Of a stretch of DNA of 64,000 nucleotides, positions 9,474-21,534 are shown in pieces. How positions within the stretch are numbered: position 1 is the stretch's first letter; each line of letters opens with the position of its first letter. The notes under the pieces are model-generated. The model had not been told where the DNA came from, did no database searches, and saw only the letters and a program-made list of their open reading frames with translations. The stretch spans positions 36,974 through 100,973 of the forward strand of contig JBDROJ010000027.1 in the NCBI GenBank assembly GCA_043810165.1, in the 5' to 3' direction. The position numbers and the translations under genes were made by a program. The stretch is from a bacterium. GTDB taxonomy: Bacteria; Patescibacteriota; Patescibacteriia; Magasanikbacterales; GWA2-37-8.

Positions 9474-9998
9474 ATGTCATATTTTGATCTTAGCCTGGTT
9501 GCCATTGTAATCGGCTTTGGGTTATTTGGCCTCTGGTTTGGCTTGGTGCATACATTCGGTTCTTTGTTGGGAACTGCAGTGGGCTTATTTTTAGCCAGCC
9601 GATATTATGAGCCAATGGCCAACTGGCTTGCATCGGTTACGGGTTGGACAGGAAATTTTTCCAAGGTTCTGATGTTTATCATCGCCTTTGTCCTTATTAC
9701 CCGCTTGGTTGGTTTTGTATTTTGGATATTGGAAAAAACTTTGGGCATTTTTACTAAATTGCCGTTTATACGGGGCTTTAATCATTTGTTAGGTGCTTTA
9801 TTCGGCGTTTTTGAAGGAATAATTTTAATTGGCGCAAGTCTATATTTTATTGCACGCTTTCCATTGGGACAAAATTTTATGAATTCTTTAGGCAGTTCCA
9901 ACTTAGCACCTGTTCTAGTTAACCCTGTTAAGATTCTTATGCCAGTAATTCCTGATGCTATTAAATTTTTACAAAGTACAGTGCAGAGTATATTTTAA
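9474..9998 (+). CDS. cvpA: CvpA-family membrane protein
   Basis: Four TM segments. N-terminus DLSLVAIVIGFGLFGLWFGLVHTFGSLLG matches the CvpA (colicin V production) pattern. Confidence 0.65.
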   Translation: MSYFDLSLVAIVIGFGLFGLWFGLVHTFGSLLGTAVGLFLASRYYEPMANWLASVTGWTGNFSKVLMFIIAFVLITRLVGFVFWILEKTLGIFTKLPFIRGFNHLLGALFGVFEGIILIGASLYFIARFPLGQNFMNSLGSSNLAPVLVNPVKILMPVIPDAIKFLQSTVQSIF

Positions 9999-10000
9999 TT

Positions 10001-10840
10001 ATGATTGATTCACATTGCCATATACAGTTCAAAGGATATAAAGATGACTATAAACAAGTCGTAAAACGTTGTTCAGACAAAAACTGCACAATGATTACAG
10101 TGGGTACACAAAAGGATACTAGTCAAAAAGCAATTAAATTTGCTAAAAAATATCAAAATATTTATGCCACGATTGGTCTGCATCCAATACACCTGTTTCC
10201 AACACATGTTGACGAGGAAGAATCTTCTTTTTTATCGCGAGAAGAAAAATTTGATCATGACTATTATAAAAAATTGGCCGAACATCCCAAAGTAGTTGGA
10301 ATAGGCGAGTGTGGAATAGACCTGTTTCATATTCCAAAAAATATTGAACGTAAAATTGTTGTTGAAAAACAAAAACAAGTATTCTTACAACAAATTAATT
10401 TAGCTCAAGAATTAAATCTACCTGTGGCGATCCATATACGCAGTGCTCATGATGAAACCATTAAATTCTTGCAAGACCTTGAACAAAAACCCGCTGGTGT
10501 GGTACACTGTTATTCTAGCAACTGGTTAAATGCGGAAAAGTATTTAAATATGGGGTTATATGTTGGTTTTACTGGCATAATTACTTTTCCAGCAAAAAAA
10601 TCTGACCCGCAGACTCAAGCCGATCTGCTTGAAGTTGTACGAAAATGTCCTTTGGACAAAATATTAATTGAAACCGACGCTCCTTATCTTGCTCCACAAA
10701 CTTATCGCGGACAAAGATGTGAACCATGGATGGTAGAAGAAGTCGCCAAAAAAGTTGCCGAAGTCAAACACCTGCCACTTGAAGAAGTAGTAAAAATAAC
10801 CGAACAAAATACTAAAAAATTGTTTACTAAAATTAACTAA
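10001..10840 (+). CDS. tatD: TatD-family metal-dependent DNase/hydrolase
   Basis: IDSHCHI, GECGIDL, AIHIRSAHDE, HCYSS and ETDAPYL motifs are all present. Confidence 0.85.
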   Translation: MIDSHCHIQFKGYKDDYKQVVKRCSDKNCTMITVGTQKDTSQKAIKFAKKYQNIYATIGLHPIHLFPTHVDEEESSFLSREEKFDHDYYKKLAEHPKVVGIGECGIDLFHIPKNIERKIVVEKQKQVFLQQINLAQELNLPVAIHIRSAHDETIKFLQDLEQKPAGVVHCYSSNWLNAEKYLNMGLYVGFTGIITFPAKKSDPQTQADLLEVVRKCPLDKILIETDAPYLAPQTYRGQRCEPWMVEEVAKKVAEVKHLPLEEVVKITEQNTKKLFTKIN

Positions 10841-10846
10841 TTAATT

Positions 10847-11050
10847 ATGTCTGAAACAGAAAAACCAATAGATTATTTAGAAGAACATCTAAAAAGAGCA
10901 CAAAAAGAAAAAGATGGAGAAAAACTAAAATCTCTCAAACCTCTTCTTGATGAGCCAAGCAATTTAGATTCTAGCAAATTCACAAAAGATATATTATCAA
11001 GAGAAGGTGATTTGCTGGAATTTCCTGAAAAAATTAAAGAGGAAAAATAG
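10847..11050 (+). CDS. small acidic hypothetical protein
   Basis: 67-aa ORF with typical backbone composition, just upstream of the atp promoter. Confidence 0.35.
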   Translation: MSETEKPIDYLEEHLKRAQKEKDGEKLKSLKPLLDEPSNLDSSKFTKDILSREGDLLEFPEKIKEEK

Positions 11051-11086
11051 ATTATTTTCAACAATTAAATTCTCAATTAAATTCTC

Positions 11087-11115
11087 TTGACTAATAGGCC
11101 AATACAATGTATAAT
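11087..11115 (+). promoter_or_regulatory. sigma70-like promoter of the ATP synthase operon
   Basis: TTGACT, a 17-nt spacer, then TATAAT. Confidence 0.55.
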
Positions 11116-11162
11116 ATTGCCTGCCAGACTATAAAACCCTCTCGCGGGCTGGTTGTTAAATT

Positions 11163-11429
11163 ATGACTGAAAAAAAGTCCGAAAAAACTACTGTTAGAGC
11201 TTATCAATTATTCGCTTTGAGAATAATCGGAGACTTTGGTGCTGTAATTGCCTTGCCCATAATAGCATTTATATTAATAGGACAACACCTGGATAATAAA
11301 TATGACAAAAGTCCGCTATTCACCATATTGTCTTTTATCTTAGCATCTTTAATTTCAGCTAAAATAATTCACGGTAAAGCAAAAAAATACGGGAGGGAAT
11401 ATCAAAATATGGTAGATAATGATAAATAA
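11163..11429 (+). CDS. AtpZ/AtpI-like small membrane protein preceding atpB
   Basis: 88 aa with two TM helices. Position immediately upstream of the a-subunit gene. Confidence 0.55.
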   Translation: MTEKKSEKTTVRAYQLFALRIIGDFGAVIALPIIAFILIGQHLDNKYDKSPLFTILSFILASLISAKIIHGKAKKYGREYQNMVDNDK

Positions 11430-11432
11430 TGT

Positions 11433-12203
11433 ATGCATATACCAACACTAGCACCAGAAGTATTATTTAAAGTAGGAGAGTTCCCAATTACAAACACAAT
11501 GGTAAATGCTTGGCTTGCTATTGTAATTTTTTTAATCTTGGGCATTTTTATCAAACGCAATGTAAAATTAATACCCGGTAAATTTCAAAACGCTTGTGAA
11601 TTTTTCTTGGAAAAATTATTAGGCTATTTTGATCAAGTTACAGGCGATAGAAAAAAAACCATCAGCTTTTTGCCTTTGGTGGGATCAATTTTCTTTTTTA
11701 TTTTACTTTCCAATTGGCTTGGATTAATTCCAGGAACCGGAAGTTTAACCATAGGAAACAACCCATTACTGCGCCCGGCCAATACTGACATAAACTTAAC
11801 CGCTTCAATGGCCTTAATAGCAGTGATCTCATCCCACATATTTGGATTGGTAACGGTAGGAGTATTTACACATTTAAATAAATTCATCCAAATCGGAACA
11901 CTGGTATCCAGTTTTAAAAAAGGTCCGGTAGCGATTCTTACAGCTATAATTGAAATGGGTGTGGGACTGATTGAGATAGTAAGCGAGATCGCCAAGGTTT
12001 TATCATTATCATTAAGGTTGTTTGGAAATATATTTGCAGGAGAAGTCCTAATTACAGTAATAGCCAGTTTATTCAGCGTACTTATGCCAACACCATTCAT
12101 GTTGCTGGAATTATTGGTAGGCATAGTGCAGGCTGGTGTATTTGCCATGCTGGCAACGGTTTATCTGACTGTAATGACCACCAAGCCAGAGATTGAACAT
12201 TAA
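11433..12203 (+). CDS. atpB: F0F1 ATP synthase subunit a
   Basis: LSLRLFGNIFAGE motif containing the essential Arg. Multi-TM protein. Confidence 0.9.
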   Translation: MHIPTLAPEVLFKVGEFPITNTMVNAWLAIVIFLILGIFIKRNVKLIPGKFQNACEFFLEKLLGYFDQVTGDRKKTISFLPLVGSIFFFILLSNWLGLIPGTGSLTIGNNPLLRPANTDINLTASMALIAVISSHIFGLVTVGVFTHLNKFIQIGTLVSSFKKGPVAILTAIIEMGVGLIEIVSEIAKVLSLSLRLFGNIFAGEVLITVIASLFSVLMPTPFMLLELLVGIVQAGVFAMLATVYLTVMTTKPEIEH

Positions 12204-12230
12204 AATTAAATTATTTTATTAACTAATTAA

Positions 12231-12464
<234 letters not shown>

Positions 12465-12476
12465 TTTGATTAGTCT

Positions 12477-12510
12477 GATCTAAAAAGTCAGACTTATTTA
12501 AACTATTTTA
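12477..12510 (+). terminator. attenuator/terminator-like hairpin after atpE
   Basis: AGTCTGAtctaaaaaGTCAGACT followed by a T-rich tract. Confidence 0.4.
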
Positions 12511-12520
12511 TAATTTTTAT

Positions 12521-12814
12521 ATGGAGGAAGAAAAAAATATCAAACAAGATACTAAAGAAAATACTGACAAAATCAAAAAAAGCGGTAGACTAAGATTAGT
12601 TTTGATTATAATAGGAATTTTAATAGTATTAAGTTTAATTTATCGTGTAAATAATTATTGGAAATACAAAAAAATAGAGCGGGCTGTTCAAAAACAAACT
12701 GAATTGTTGGAAAAACAAGGCAAAGAAATACAAGCCAATTATCTAAAACAGATAAACGAAGTGCAACAGAATATTTTGGAACAACAACAAAAATTGGAAG
12801 AAGCCCAAAAATAA
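12521..12814 (+). CDS. small TM + coiled-coil protein (possible divergent b'-like stalk subunit or lineage-specific insert)
   Basis: One N-terminal TM (LVLIIIGILIVLSLIY) then a Q/E/K-rich coiled coil. Located between atpE and atpF. Confidence 0.4.
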   Translation: MEEEKNIKQDTKENTDKIKKSGRLRLVLIIIGILIVLSLIYRVNNYWKYKKIERAVQKQTELLEKQGKEIQANYLKQINEVQQNILEQQQKLEEAQK

Positions 12815-12840
12815 TAACTATAAATTATAATAAAATAAAT

Positions 12841-13419
12841 ATGAACTTGATAGATGTAGCCAACGCGACCCAAGAAGTAGTTGCTAAAACCGCAGTACAT
12901 ACTGCTGAACAGAGCTCTGAAGGGGTGTTTGCTTCTTTGGGTATTAACGGTAGCCTTTTTATTGCTCAATTAATAAATTTTGCAGTTGTCGCTCTTATTA
13001 TATGGTATCTGATTCTTAAACCTTTAACCAAAAAGATGACGGAAAGACAGGATAAAATTGATGCCAGCTTAAAAAATGCTGAAGAAATTGAAAAAAAACT
13101 GCAAAAAAGCGACCGGGACTACCAGGAAAAAATTGATCAAGCGAAATCTCAATCCGCCAAAATTATGGAAAAATCACAGCAAGAAGTCAAAGAAATGGGC
13201 GATAAAATGAAAAATAAAACAAAAGAAGAAATAGAATTATTAATTAATCAGGCCAAACGAAATATTCAAATCGAAAAGGACGAGATGATGGTTGAAGTTA
13301 AAACCAAAGTAAGCGAACTTGTAGTGGCGGCTTTAGAAAAAATTATTGAAGAGAAAGTTGATGATGCAAAAGACAAAGACATGATTTTGAAAAGTATAAA
13401 GGGTATAAAAAAAATATAA
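12841..13419 (+). CDS. atpF: F0F1 ATP synthase subunit b
   Basis: Single TM (FIAQLINFAVVALIIWYLILKP) followed by a long charged coiled coil ending in VVAALEKIIEEKVDD. Confidence 0.8.
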   Translation: MNLIDVANATQEVVAKTAVHTAEQSSEGVFASLGINGSLFIAQLINFAVVALIIWYLILKPLTKKMTERQDKIDASLKNAEEIEKKLQKSDRDYQEKIDQAKSQSAKIMEKSQQEVKEMGDKMKNKTKEEIELLINQAKRNIQIEKDEMMVEVKTKVSELVVAALEKIIEEKVDDAKDKDMILKSIKGIKKI

Positions 13420-13423
13420 TGTT

Positions 13424-13810
13424 ATGAAACAAAGCAATAAACAATACGCCATAGCTTTATATCAGGCAACTGAAGGTTTATCTGAACAAGATTTAAAGCA
13501 AGTTCTTAAAGACTTTGTATTGTTGCTATCCAAAAAACACAAACTAAAACAAGCTAATAACATTATTGCTGAATTTATCAAATATGCAAAAAAACAGCAG
13601 GGTATAATTGATATTGAGATTACCACTGCGCGAAAAATGGAAAGTGGACTCATAGAACAAATCAAAAAAATATTCGGCAAACAAACAGAAGCCACGGAAA
13701 AAGTGGACAAAACTCTACTAGGTGGGCTAGTGGTCAAAACCGAAGATGTAATTTTTGATGGCAGTATAAACACGCAATTAAACAAATTAAAATTATCTTT
13801 GAATTCATAA
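13424..13810 (+). CDS. atpH: F0F1 ATP synthase subunit delta (OSCP), short form
   Basis: C-terminal region LLGGLVVKTEDVIFDGSINTQLNKL resembles the conserved delta C-terminus. Genomic position fits. Confidence 0.65.
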   Translation: MKQSNKQYAIALYQATEGLSEQDLKQVLKDFVLLLSKKHKLKQANNIIAEFIKYAKKQQGIIDIEITTARKMESGLIEQIKKIFGKQTEATEKVDKTLLGGLVVKTEDVIFDGSINTQLNKLKLSLNS

Positions 13811-13812
13811 AT

Positions 13813-14331
13813 ATGTTAGAACAACAAGAAAAAGTTAAATTATCTGACCAAGAATTGACGGACTTGATTAAGGAAATCTCTTTTGATGCCGAACGATGCA
13901 TAATGGTCATCAAAAGCGATTTGGGAATACTAAAAGAAATCCTGACAGGAAAATTAGCATCGAGCCGAGAATCTAACAAAGAAAGGGATGCTGAATTTAA
14001 TGATAAAAGAAGGACAAATATCGTAGAAACAGCCAAAAAATTATTAAGTAAAGTACAAGAAAAAGTTAAATACTTAAATAAAAAAACTAACTACGCCGGA
14101 GTTGAAGAAATATTAGAAATAGAAAAAAATATATTAGAATTTTTAACCAAAGCCCTCTCTGATATAGAAATAGAAAACGTGGATATAATTGCAAAAAATT
14201 ATCGCACCGGAAAAGAACAAGATATTTGCCAAGATTTAGATCAGGTAGATGAATTGATTACAGATTTTGAAATAACCAGCCTGCATCAGAGATATTTTGA
14301 ATTACAATCTAAACAAAATAAAAATAAATAA
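13813..14331 (+). CDS. hypothetical protein inserted between atpH and atpA (172 aa)
   Basis: ORF tightly packed in the operon (3-nt gap). Charged, helical composition. No ATP synthase subunit matches. Confidence 0.45.
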   Translation: MLEQQEKVKLSDQELTDLIKEISFDAERCIMVIKSDLGILKEILTGKLASSRESNKERDAEFNDKRRTNIVETAKKLLSKVQEKVKYLNKKTNYAGVEEILEIEKNILEFLTKALSDIEIENVDIIAKNYRTGKEQDICQDLDQVDELITDFEITSLHQRYFELQSKQNKNK

Positions 14332-14341
14332 ATAAAGAACT

Positions 14342-15841
14342 ATGTCTAGCATTAATAAAATAGTTGAAGAATTGAAAAAAAATATTTCCTCTTTTGAAAA
14401 GCAAGTGGAAGTTGAAGAGCTCGGCCAAGTTGTTGAAGTAGGGGATGGTATTGCCCGCATGAGCGGTCTAAACAAATGCCAATATAATGAAATTCTGGAG
14501 TTTCCCGGCGAAACTTTCGGTGTGGCTTTGAATTTGGAAGAAGAAACCATCGGAGCTGTGATTTTAGGTGAATTTAAGCATATTAAAGAAGGCGATGCTG
14601 TTAAGCGCACAGGTCGTATTTTATCTGTGCCGGTGGGCGACCAATTTATAGGCAGGGTTATCAATCCTTTAGGACAAACCGTTGACGGCGGTAAAGAAAT
14701 TAAGACCAAAGAATTTTACCCAATTGAAAAAATTGCTCCCGGCGTTATGAGCCGTGAACCTGTAAGTCAACCTGTGCAAACAGGTATTAAGGCCATTGAT
14801 TCCATGATTCCAATCGGGCGTGGCCAGCGCGAATTGATAATCGGAGACCGCCAGACAGGCAAAACAGCCGTGGCTGTTGATACAATTATAAACCAAAAAG
14901 GACAGGACATGATCTGTATTTATGTTGCCGTGGGGCAGAAAGAATCTAAAGTTGCGCGCACCGTGGCCAAATTAAAAGAATTCGGCGCCATGGAATATAC
15001 AGTAGTAGTCAAAGCCAGCGCTTCAGAGCCGGCTCCGTTATTATACATCGCCCCTTATGCCGGCGTGGCCTTGGCTGAATATTTTATGGACAAGGGCAAA
15101 GATGTTTTGATTATTTATGATGATTTAAGCAAACAAGCTTGGGCGTACCGTGAAATGTCATTGTTGTTGCGCCGTCCGCCAGGCCGTGAAGCTTATCCAG
15201 GCGATGTATTTTACCTGCATTCACGCCTATTAGAACGCGCTTGTCGCAGAAACAAAGAACATGGCGGCGGTTCTATTACTGCTTTGCCAATTATTGAAAC
15301 TCAAGCCAGCGACGTGACAGCTTATATTCCAACCAATGTAATTTCAATTACTGATGGACAAATTTTCTTGGAAAGCGATCTATTCTATCGTGGTATTAGA
15401 CCAGCTTTGAACGTTGGCATTTCCGTATCCCGCGTAGGTGGTTCTGCTCAAATTAAAGGCATGAAAAAAGTGGCCGGCAAATTAAAATTAAATATGGCGC
15501 AGTTCAGAGAATTGGAAGCTTTTGCTCAATTTGCCAGCGACCTGGATCCGGAAACAAAAAAGCAAATTGACTTGGGCCAAAGACTAGTGGAAATTCTAAA
15601 ACAACCTCAGTACCAACCTGTGCCGGTAGCCAATCAAGTGGCCGTGATTTATGCGGTATCCAATAGCTTTGCAAGCGAAGTGGAAGTAAAAAATATGCAG
15701 GAATGGGAAATTAAATTTCATAATTATTTCAACAAGTCCAAATCTCTTTTATTGGATAAAATTGGAAGAGGAGAATGGGATGATAAAATAGAAGATGAAC
15801 TCAAAAGCGCTTGCGAAGAATTTGTTAAACAGAGTAAGTAA
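14342..15841 (+). CDS. atpA: F0F1 ATP synthase subunit alpha
   Basis: Walker [10 protein letters not shown] and other alpha-specific regions ([13 protein letters not shown]). Confidence 0.95.
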   Translation: MSSINKIVEELKKNISSFEKQVEVEELGQVVEVGDGIARMSGLNKCQYNEILEFPGETFGVALNLEEETIGAVILGEFKHIKEGDAVKRTGRILSVPVGDQFIGRVINPLGQTVDGGKEIKTKEFYPIEKIAPGVMSREPVSQPVQTGIKAIDSMIPIGRGQRELIIGDRQTGKTAVAVDTIINQKGQDMICIYVAVGQKESKVARTVAKLKEFGAMEYTVVVKASASEPAPLLYIAPYAGVALAEYFMDKGKDVLIIYDDLSKQAWAYREMSLLLRRPPGREAYPGDVFYLHSRLLERACRRNKEHGGGSITALPIIETQASDVTAYIPTNVISITDGQIFLESDLFYRGIRPALNVGISVSRVGGSAQIKGMKKVAGKLKLNMAQFRELEAFAQFASDLDPETKKQIDLGQRLVEILKQPQYQPVPVANQVAVIYAVSNSFASEVEVKNMQEWEIKFHNYFNKSKSLLLDKIGRGEWDDKIEDELKSACEEFVKQSK

Positions 15842-15843
15842 TT

Positions 15844-16797
15844 ATGCCCGTAAATACAAAAGCAATACAAACCAGAATCAAATCGGTCAAAAATACCCGC
15901 AAGATTACCAAAGCAATGGAAATGGTAGCGGCCGCCAAGATGAGAAAAGCCGTGCAAGTGGCTGTGGACACGCGTACCTATGCTACGCTGGCTTGGAATT
16001 TGCTGGTTAATTTGTCCAAAACCCAAGAGGTGAAAATTCCTTTATTGGATGTGCGCCCGGTTAAACGCCTGTTAGTGGTTTTGATCACATCTAATCGCGG
16101 TTTGTGTGGCAGTTTTAATTCTAATATTATCAAAAAAACAGCTGAACAATTGGCCAATCCAGTTAATATCAGCAAACAAAGAATACAAGGCCATGATGTT
16201 GCTCCAAGTCAAGAATTAGAAGTGGATGTGATTGGTGTTGGCAAAAAAGGAGCAAGTTTTGCAAAAAAAATGGGATATAACCTGATATCATCCTTTGGTG
16301 ATATGACTGATACGCCTAAGATGGAAGACGCTCTATTAATCAGCAAAATTTTAATTGAAGAATATACCAATAAAAAATATGATAAAGTAGTAGTTGCTTA
16401 TACTGATTTTCAATCCAGTATTAATCAGGTGGCCAAATTAAGACAGGTTTTACCTGTTTCTGAAGCTGACTTGGAAAAAATGCTCGGTGAGCTTGGATCT
16501 GACAAAGATCGTGGGGAGTCAGAGAATAAAACAGAACTAGATGATTATTTATTCGAACCAAACAAACTAGAAGTTTTAAAAACTATTCTGCCAAGATTGG
16601 TGGAAACGCAAATTTATCAAACATTATTGGAATCAGCCGCTTCTGAACACAGCTCTCGCATGTTGGCAATGAGAAATGCATCTGACGCGGCAGATGATAT
16701 GATTAAAGAATTAAATCTTAATTTTAATAAAGCGCGGCAGGCCGCCATAACTCAGGAAATTTCCGAGATTGTGGGCGGTGCGGCCGCTTTAGAATAA
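15844..16797 (+). CDS. atpG: F0F1 ATP synthase subunit gamma
   Basis: N-terminus IKSVKNTRKITKAMEMVAAAKMRKA and C-terminus NKARQAAITQEISEIVGGAAAL. Confidence 0.9.
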   Translation: MPVNTKAIQTRIKSVKNTRKITKAMEMVAAAKMRKAVQVAVDTRTYATLAWNLLVNLSKTQEVKIPLLDVRPVKRLLVVLITSNRGLCGSFNSNIIKKTAEQLANPVNISKQRIQGHDVAPSQELEVDVIGVGKKGASFAKKMGYNLISSFGDMTDTPKMEDALLISKILIEEYTNKKYDKVVVAYTDFQSSINQVAKLRQVLPVSEADLEKMLGELGSDKDRGESENKTELDDYLFEPNKLEVLKTILPRLVETQIYQTLLESAASEHSSRMLAMRNASDAADDMIKELNLNFNKARQAAITQEISEIVGGAAALE

Positions 16798-16802
16798 AGC
16801 AT

Positions 16803-18417
<1,615 letters not shown>

Positions 18418-18431
18418 AAATATAATTTTAG

Positions 18432-18522
18432 ACTGTCATCCCGACCGAGCGTAGCGAGTGGAGGGATCTCAGTATAACACTAAGATCCCTGAACTCGGCT
18501 TTGTCCAGCTCAGGATGACAAT
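18432..18522. repeat. GC-rich nested palindromic repeat element (family 2 variant)
   Basis: CTGTCATCCCGACCGAGCGTAGCGAG...GGATGACAAT, with an internal GGGATCT/AGATCCC palindrome. A near-identical half-copy lies at 46392-46437. Confidence 0.75.
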
Positions 18523-18525
18523 AAT

Positions 18526-18963
18526 ATGGAAAAAACCCTTAAATTTAAAATTATAACCCCGGAAAAAATCGTTTATGAAGACGATATTTTTCAGGTTACA
18601 ATTCCTACATCGGATGGTGAAATTACTGTATTGGCTAATCATATTCCTTTAGTATCGGTTTTAAAAGCAGGGGATTTGATTATAAAAGACAAAAATGATC
18701 AACATCACATTGCTATTGCCGGTGGCTTTTTAGAAGTTAAATCCAATAATCAAATCATTATTTTGGCAGATAATGCTGAACGAGCTGAAGAAATTGATTT
18801 GGAACGAGCCGAAGAAGCTAGAAAACGTGCCGAAAAACAAATGAAACAAGCTAAGTCAACTGAAGACATTGACTTTGCCAAACTTCAAGGTATAATAGAT
18901 AGAGAAATGAACAGAATTAGGGTTGGAAAAAAGTATAAAAAATTACCTAAAGCAAGATCATGA
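18526..18963 (+). CDS. atpC: F0F1 ATP synthase subunit epsilon
   Basis: N-terminal beta-sandwich pattern (ITPEKIVYEDDIFQVTIPTSDGEITVLANHIPLVSVL) and a C-terminal helical hairpin. Confidence 0.85.
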   Translation: MEKTLKFKIITPEKIVYEDDIFQVTIPTSDGEITVLANHIPLVSVLKAGDLIIKDKNDQHHIAIAGGFLEVKSNNQIIILADNAERAEEIDLERAEEARKRAEKQMKQAKSTEDIDFAKLQGIIDREMNRIRVGKKYKKLPKARS

Positions 18964-19007
18964 AGTTAGATGCAATTACAAAATATTTAAATATATTACC
19001 ACCAATG

Positions 19008-19083
19008 CAGTCTTGATTGATTGTTTTGTGTTTTTTATACCTTCTTAAAAATAATAAAACAGTCAATCAAGACTGTTTTTTTG
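19008..19083 (+). terminator. rho-independent terminator of the atp operon
   Basis: 13-bp perfect stem CAGTCTTGATTGA / TCAATCAAGACTG followed by TTTTTTTT. Confidence 0.6.
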
Positions 19084-19133
19084 TTCTTTCGCTAACCCAA
19101 CACCATGTGGTGCTGGACAAGGAGGTAGATACA

Positions 19134-19502
19134 ATGGGAACCAACAACGTGCTTATCATAGGTGGAGGAGAAAAGGGGAATGTCATAGCTAGATTGCTGG
19201 CCAGCCAAAATTGGTTGGACAATATTCACCTGGTTGAAGAAACAACTGACTTGGCTTCTAATCTTAGGGCCGAATTAGGACAAACAATCCAAATTCACTC
19301 TAACTGTATAGAAATACCAACCAATATCCGAATAGTTTATGCAATAAGCGAACCAGTGGGCATGGACGCTATTAGACAAAAGATAGCCGAAAAAATTAAC
19401 GGGAAAACATTGATTGTTTGGGTAGCTCAAACTACTAATCTAAAGCTTTTACCACTTTTCCTCAAAAGCCAACTGGCAAATCTCTACGAAAGATCTATCT
19501 AA
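19134..19502 (+). CDS. Rossmann-fold NAD(P)-binding domain protein (TrkA-N/KTN-like), 122 aa
   Basis: The start was moved to the Met preceded by AAGGAGG. GxGxxG motif VLIIGGGEKGNVIARLL. The track ORF start at 19017 lies inside the terminator hairpin. Confidence 0.5.
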   Translation: MGTNNVLIIGGGEKGNVIARLLASQNWLDNIHLVEETTDLASNLRAELGQTIQIHSNCIEIPTNIRIVYAISEPVGMDAIRQKIAEKINGKTLIVWVAQTTNLKLLPLFLKSQLANLYERSI

Positions 19503-19529
19503 ATACTTAGCACTTTGAATTTTCCCACC

Positions 19530-19565
19530 AAGACCTCCGACTAGTCTCGGAGGTCTTCTTTTTTG
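19530..19565 (+). terminator. rho-independent terminator
   Basis: AAGACCTCCGActagtcTCGGAGGTCTT followed by CTTTTTTG. Confidence 0.6.
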
Positions 19566-19694
19566 CACACACTGTAACAAAAAGCCATTTTTCACGTCTA
19601 CTAAAGCAAAGGGGAAGGGCCAAGTCTTTTAATTTCTTGAATTTTCATTAACGAAAGAAGTTGTTCGTACCCGACCCTCCCTTTTTGTTTTTGT

Positions 19695-21461
19695 ATGATT
19701 GAAAAAAATAGAGCCAAACAAACATTAAAAATTTACTGGCAACATACCTGCAAATATAAATTTGTGGGATTTTTTCTTGTTTTTTCAGTAATGGGCGCGT
19801 CTTTGACAAATGTAATCAGGCCGTTATTTTTCAAACAATTTTTTGATATATTATCAAGTCAACAAGACAAAGGTCTGCTATTTGAAGCACTATTTTCAGT
19901 TTTAATGTTGGTTTTAATAACTGAAATTATTGAATGGTGCTTTTGGAGAATGGCTACCTATACAGCAATAAAATTTCAAGCAAAAATAATGGCTGACATA
20001 GCGAATAGGTGCTTTCAATACCTGCACAAACACTCTTTTTCTTATTTTAACAACAATTTCGTAGGATCTTTGGTTAAGAGGGTAAACCGCTTTGTTTATG
20101 CTTTCATGCATATTGCTGATGTTTTTATTTGGAATTTACTTCAGTTGTCAGTTAATATAATATTCATCGGCATAATTTTAACATACAAAAATTGGATTCT
20201 CGGTCTAATTGTTATTGGCTGGATCACATTATTTTTAAGCATTAATTGGTTCTTTACCAAATACAAATTAAAATATGACATCAAAAGGAGCGAGGCCGAT
20301 ACTGCCATTAGTCAAGTATTGGCTGACACCATTACCAATCAAAGCAATGTAAAATTGTTTTGCGGATACCAGCGCGAAGTTAGTCTATTTGAAAGAACCG
20401 TAAAAAAAGCAACAAAATTACGCTGTTTTACTTGGACTTTAGACAACATATTTGAAGCCATACAAGGCGCTTTAATGATAAGCTTGGAAATTGGAATTTT
20501 ATACATGGGCATGATTTTGTGGAGAAAAGGCTTGTTCACAGTGGGTGATTTTGTTTTATTACAATCTTATGCGCTTACAATATTTATGCGAGTTTGGGAC
20601 TTCGGACGAATTATTCGCCGTATTTATGAAAATCTTGCCGATGCTGAAGAGATGTCTGAAATTTTAGATACTCCTCATGAAATCCAAGACCTTAAAAATG
20701 CCAAACAATTGCAAGTCAAAAAAGGCAAGATTCAATTTCAAAATGTGACATTTTGCTACAATAAGACCCGCTGTGTACTGCAAAAATTAAACTTGGCAAT
20801 AAAACCAAAAGAAAAACTGGCATTAATTGGACCGTCAGGCGCCGGTAAAACTACTATGGTTAAGCTACTATTAAGAATGCATGATGTGACCGGCGGTAAA
20901 ATTTTAATTGACGGACAACAAGTCAAAGCTATTACGCAAGAAAGTTTGTGGCAGCATATAAGCATGGTACCTCAAGATCCAATATTATTTCACCGCAGTT
21001 TGATGGAAAATATCCGTTATGGAAAGCCGGAAGCAACAGATGAACAAGTATTTAAAGCCTCTAAATTAGCCCATTGTCATGAATTTATTTCTGAATTTCC
21101 TGATGGCTATGAAACAAAAGTGGGGGAAAGGGGAGTTAAACTATCAGGTGGAGAACGCCAGCGTGTGGCAATTGCCAGAGCAATATTGCGTAATGCGCCA
21201 ATATTAGTTTTGGATGAAGCCACTTCCAGCCTTGATTCTGAATCAGAACATCTAATCCAATCTGCTTTGGATACTTTAATGAAAAATAAGACAGTAATTG
21301 TGATTGCTCACCGCTTATCAACTATTATGAAAGTTGATAGGATCATTGTTGTTGATCAAGGCGGAATTGTAGAGCAGGGGACGCATATTCAGCTACTAAA
21401 GAAAAAAACTGGTATGTACAACAAATTATGGAAAATCCAGGCAGGTGGGTTTGTAGAATAA
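19695..21461 (+). CDS. ABC transporter, fused permease/ATPase exporter (MsbA/type I exporter-like)
   Basis: Six-TM N-terminal domain. Walker A GPSGAGKTT, signature LSGGERQRVAIARA and Walker B LVLDEATSSLD. Confidence 0.85.
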   Translation: MIEKNRAKQTLKIYWQHTCKYKFVGFFLVFSVMGASLTNVIRPLFFKQFFDILSSQQDKGLLFEALFSVLMLVLITEIIEWCFWRMATYTAIKFQAKIMADIANRCFQYLHKHSFSYFNNNFVGSLVKRVNRFVYAFMHIADVFIWNLLQLSVNIIFIGIILTYKNWILGLIVIGWITLFLSINWFFTKYKLKYDIKRSEADTAISQVLADTITNQSNVKLFCGYQREVSLFERTVKKATKLRCFTWTLDNIFEAIQGALMISLEIGILYMGMILWRKGLFTVGDFVLLQSYALTIFMRVWDFGRIIRRIYENLADAEEMSEILDTPHEIQDLKNAKQLQVKKGKIQFQNVTFCYNKTRCVLQKLNLAIKPKEKLALIGPSGAGKTTMVKLLLRMHDVTGGKILIDGQQVKAITQESLWQHISMVPQDPILFHRSLMENIRYGKPEATDEQVFKASKLAHCHEFISEFPDGYETKVGERGVKLSGGERQRVAIARAILRNAPILVLDEATSSLDSESEHLIQSALDTLMKNKTVIVIAHRLSTIMKVDRIIVVDQGGIVEQGTHIQLLKKKTGMYNKLWKIQAGGFVE

Positions 21462-21534
21462 TAGTTTGTAAAACTTCTTACATTCGGCTATAATTAAAAC
21501 ATCTCAAGCAAGAGATGTTTTTGTTAATTTATGT

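Noticed and set aside
11633-12148. 171-aa minus-strand ORF antisense to atpB
   Set aside because: It lies entirely inside the well-supported ATP synthase a-subunit gene. This is typical antisense shadow-ORF composition.
12521-12814. Confident annotation of the 97-aa TM/coiled-coil ORF as ATP synthase subunit b'
   Set aside because: It is too short, and the coiled coil is Gln-rich rather than the Ala/Glu/Lys pattern of b/b'. It was kept as a hypothetical with b'-like as one option.
19017-19133. 5' extension of the 161-aa ORF starting at 19017
   Set aside because: The extension starts inside the atp operon terminator hairpin and encodes hydrophobic junk. A Met with an AAGGAGG SD at 19134 precedes the Rossmann motif.
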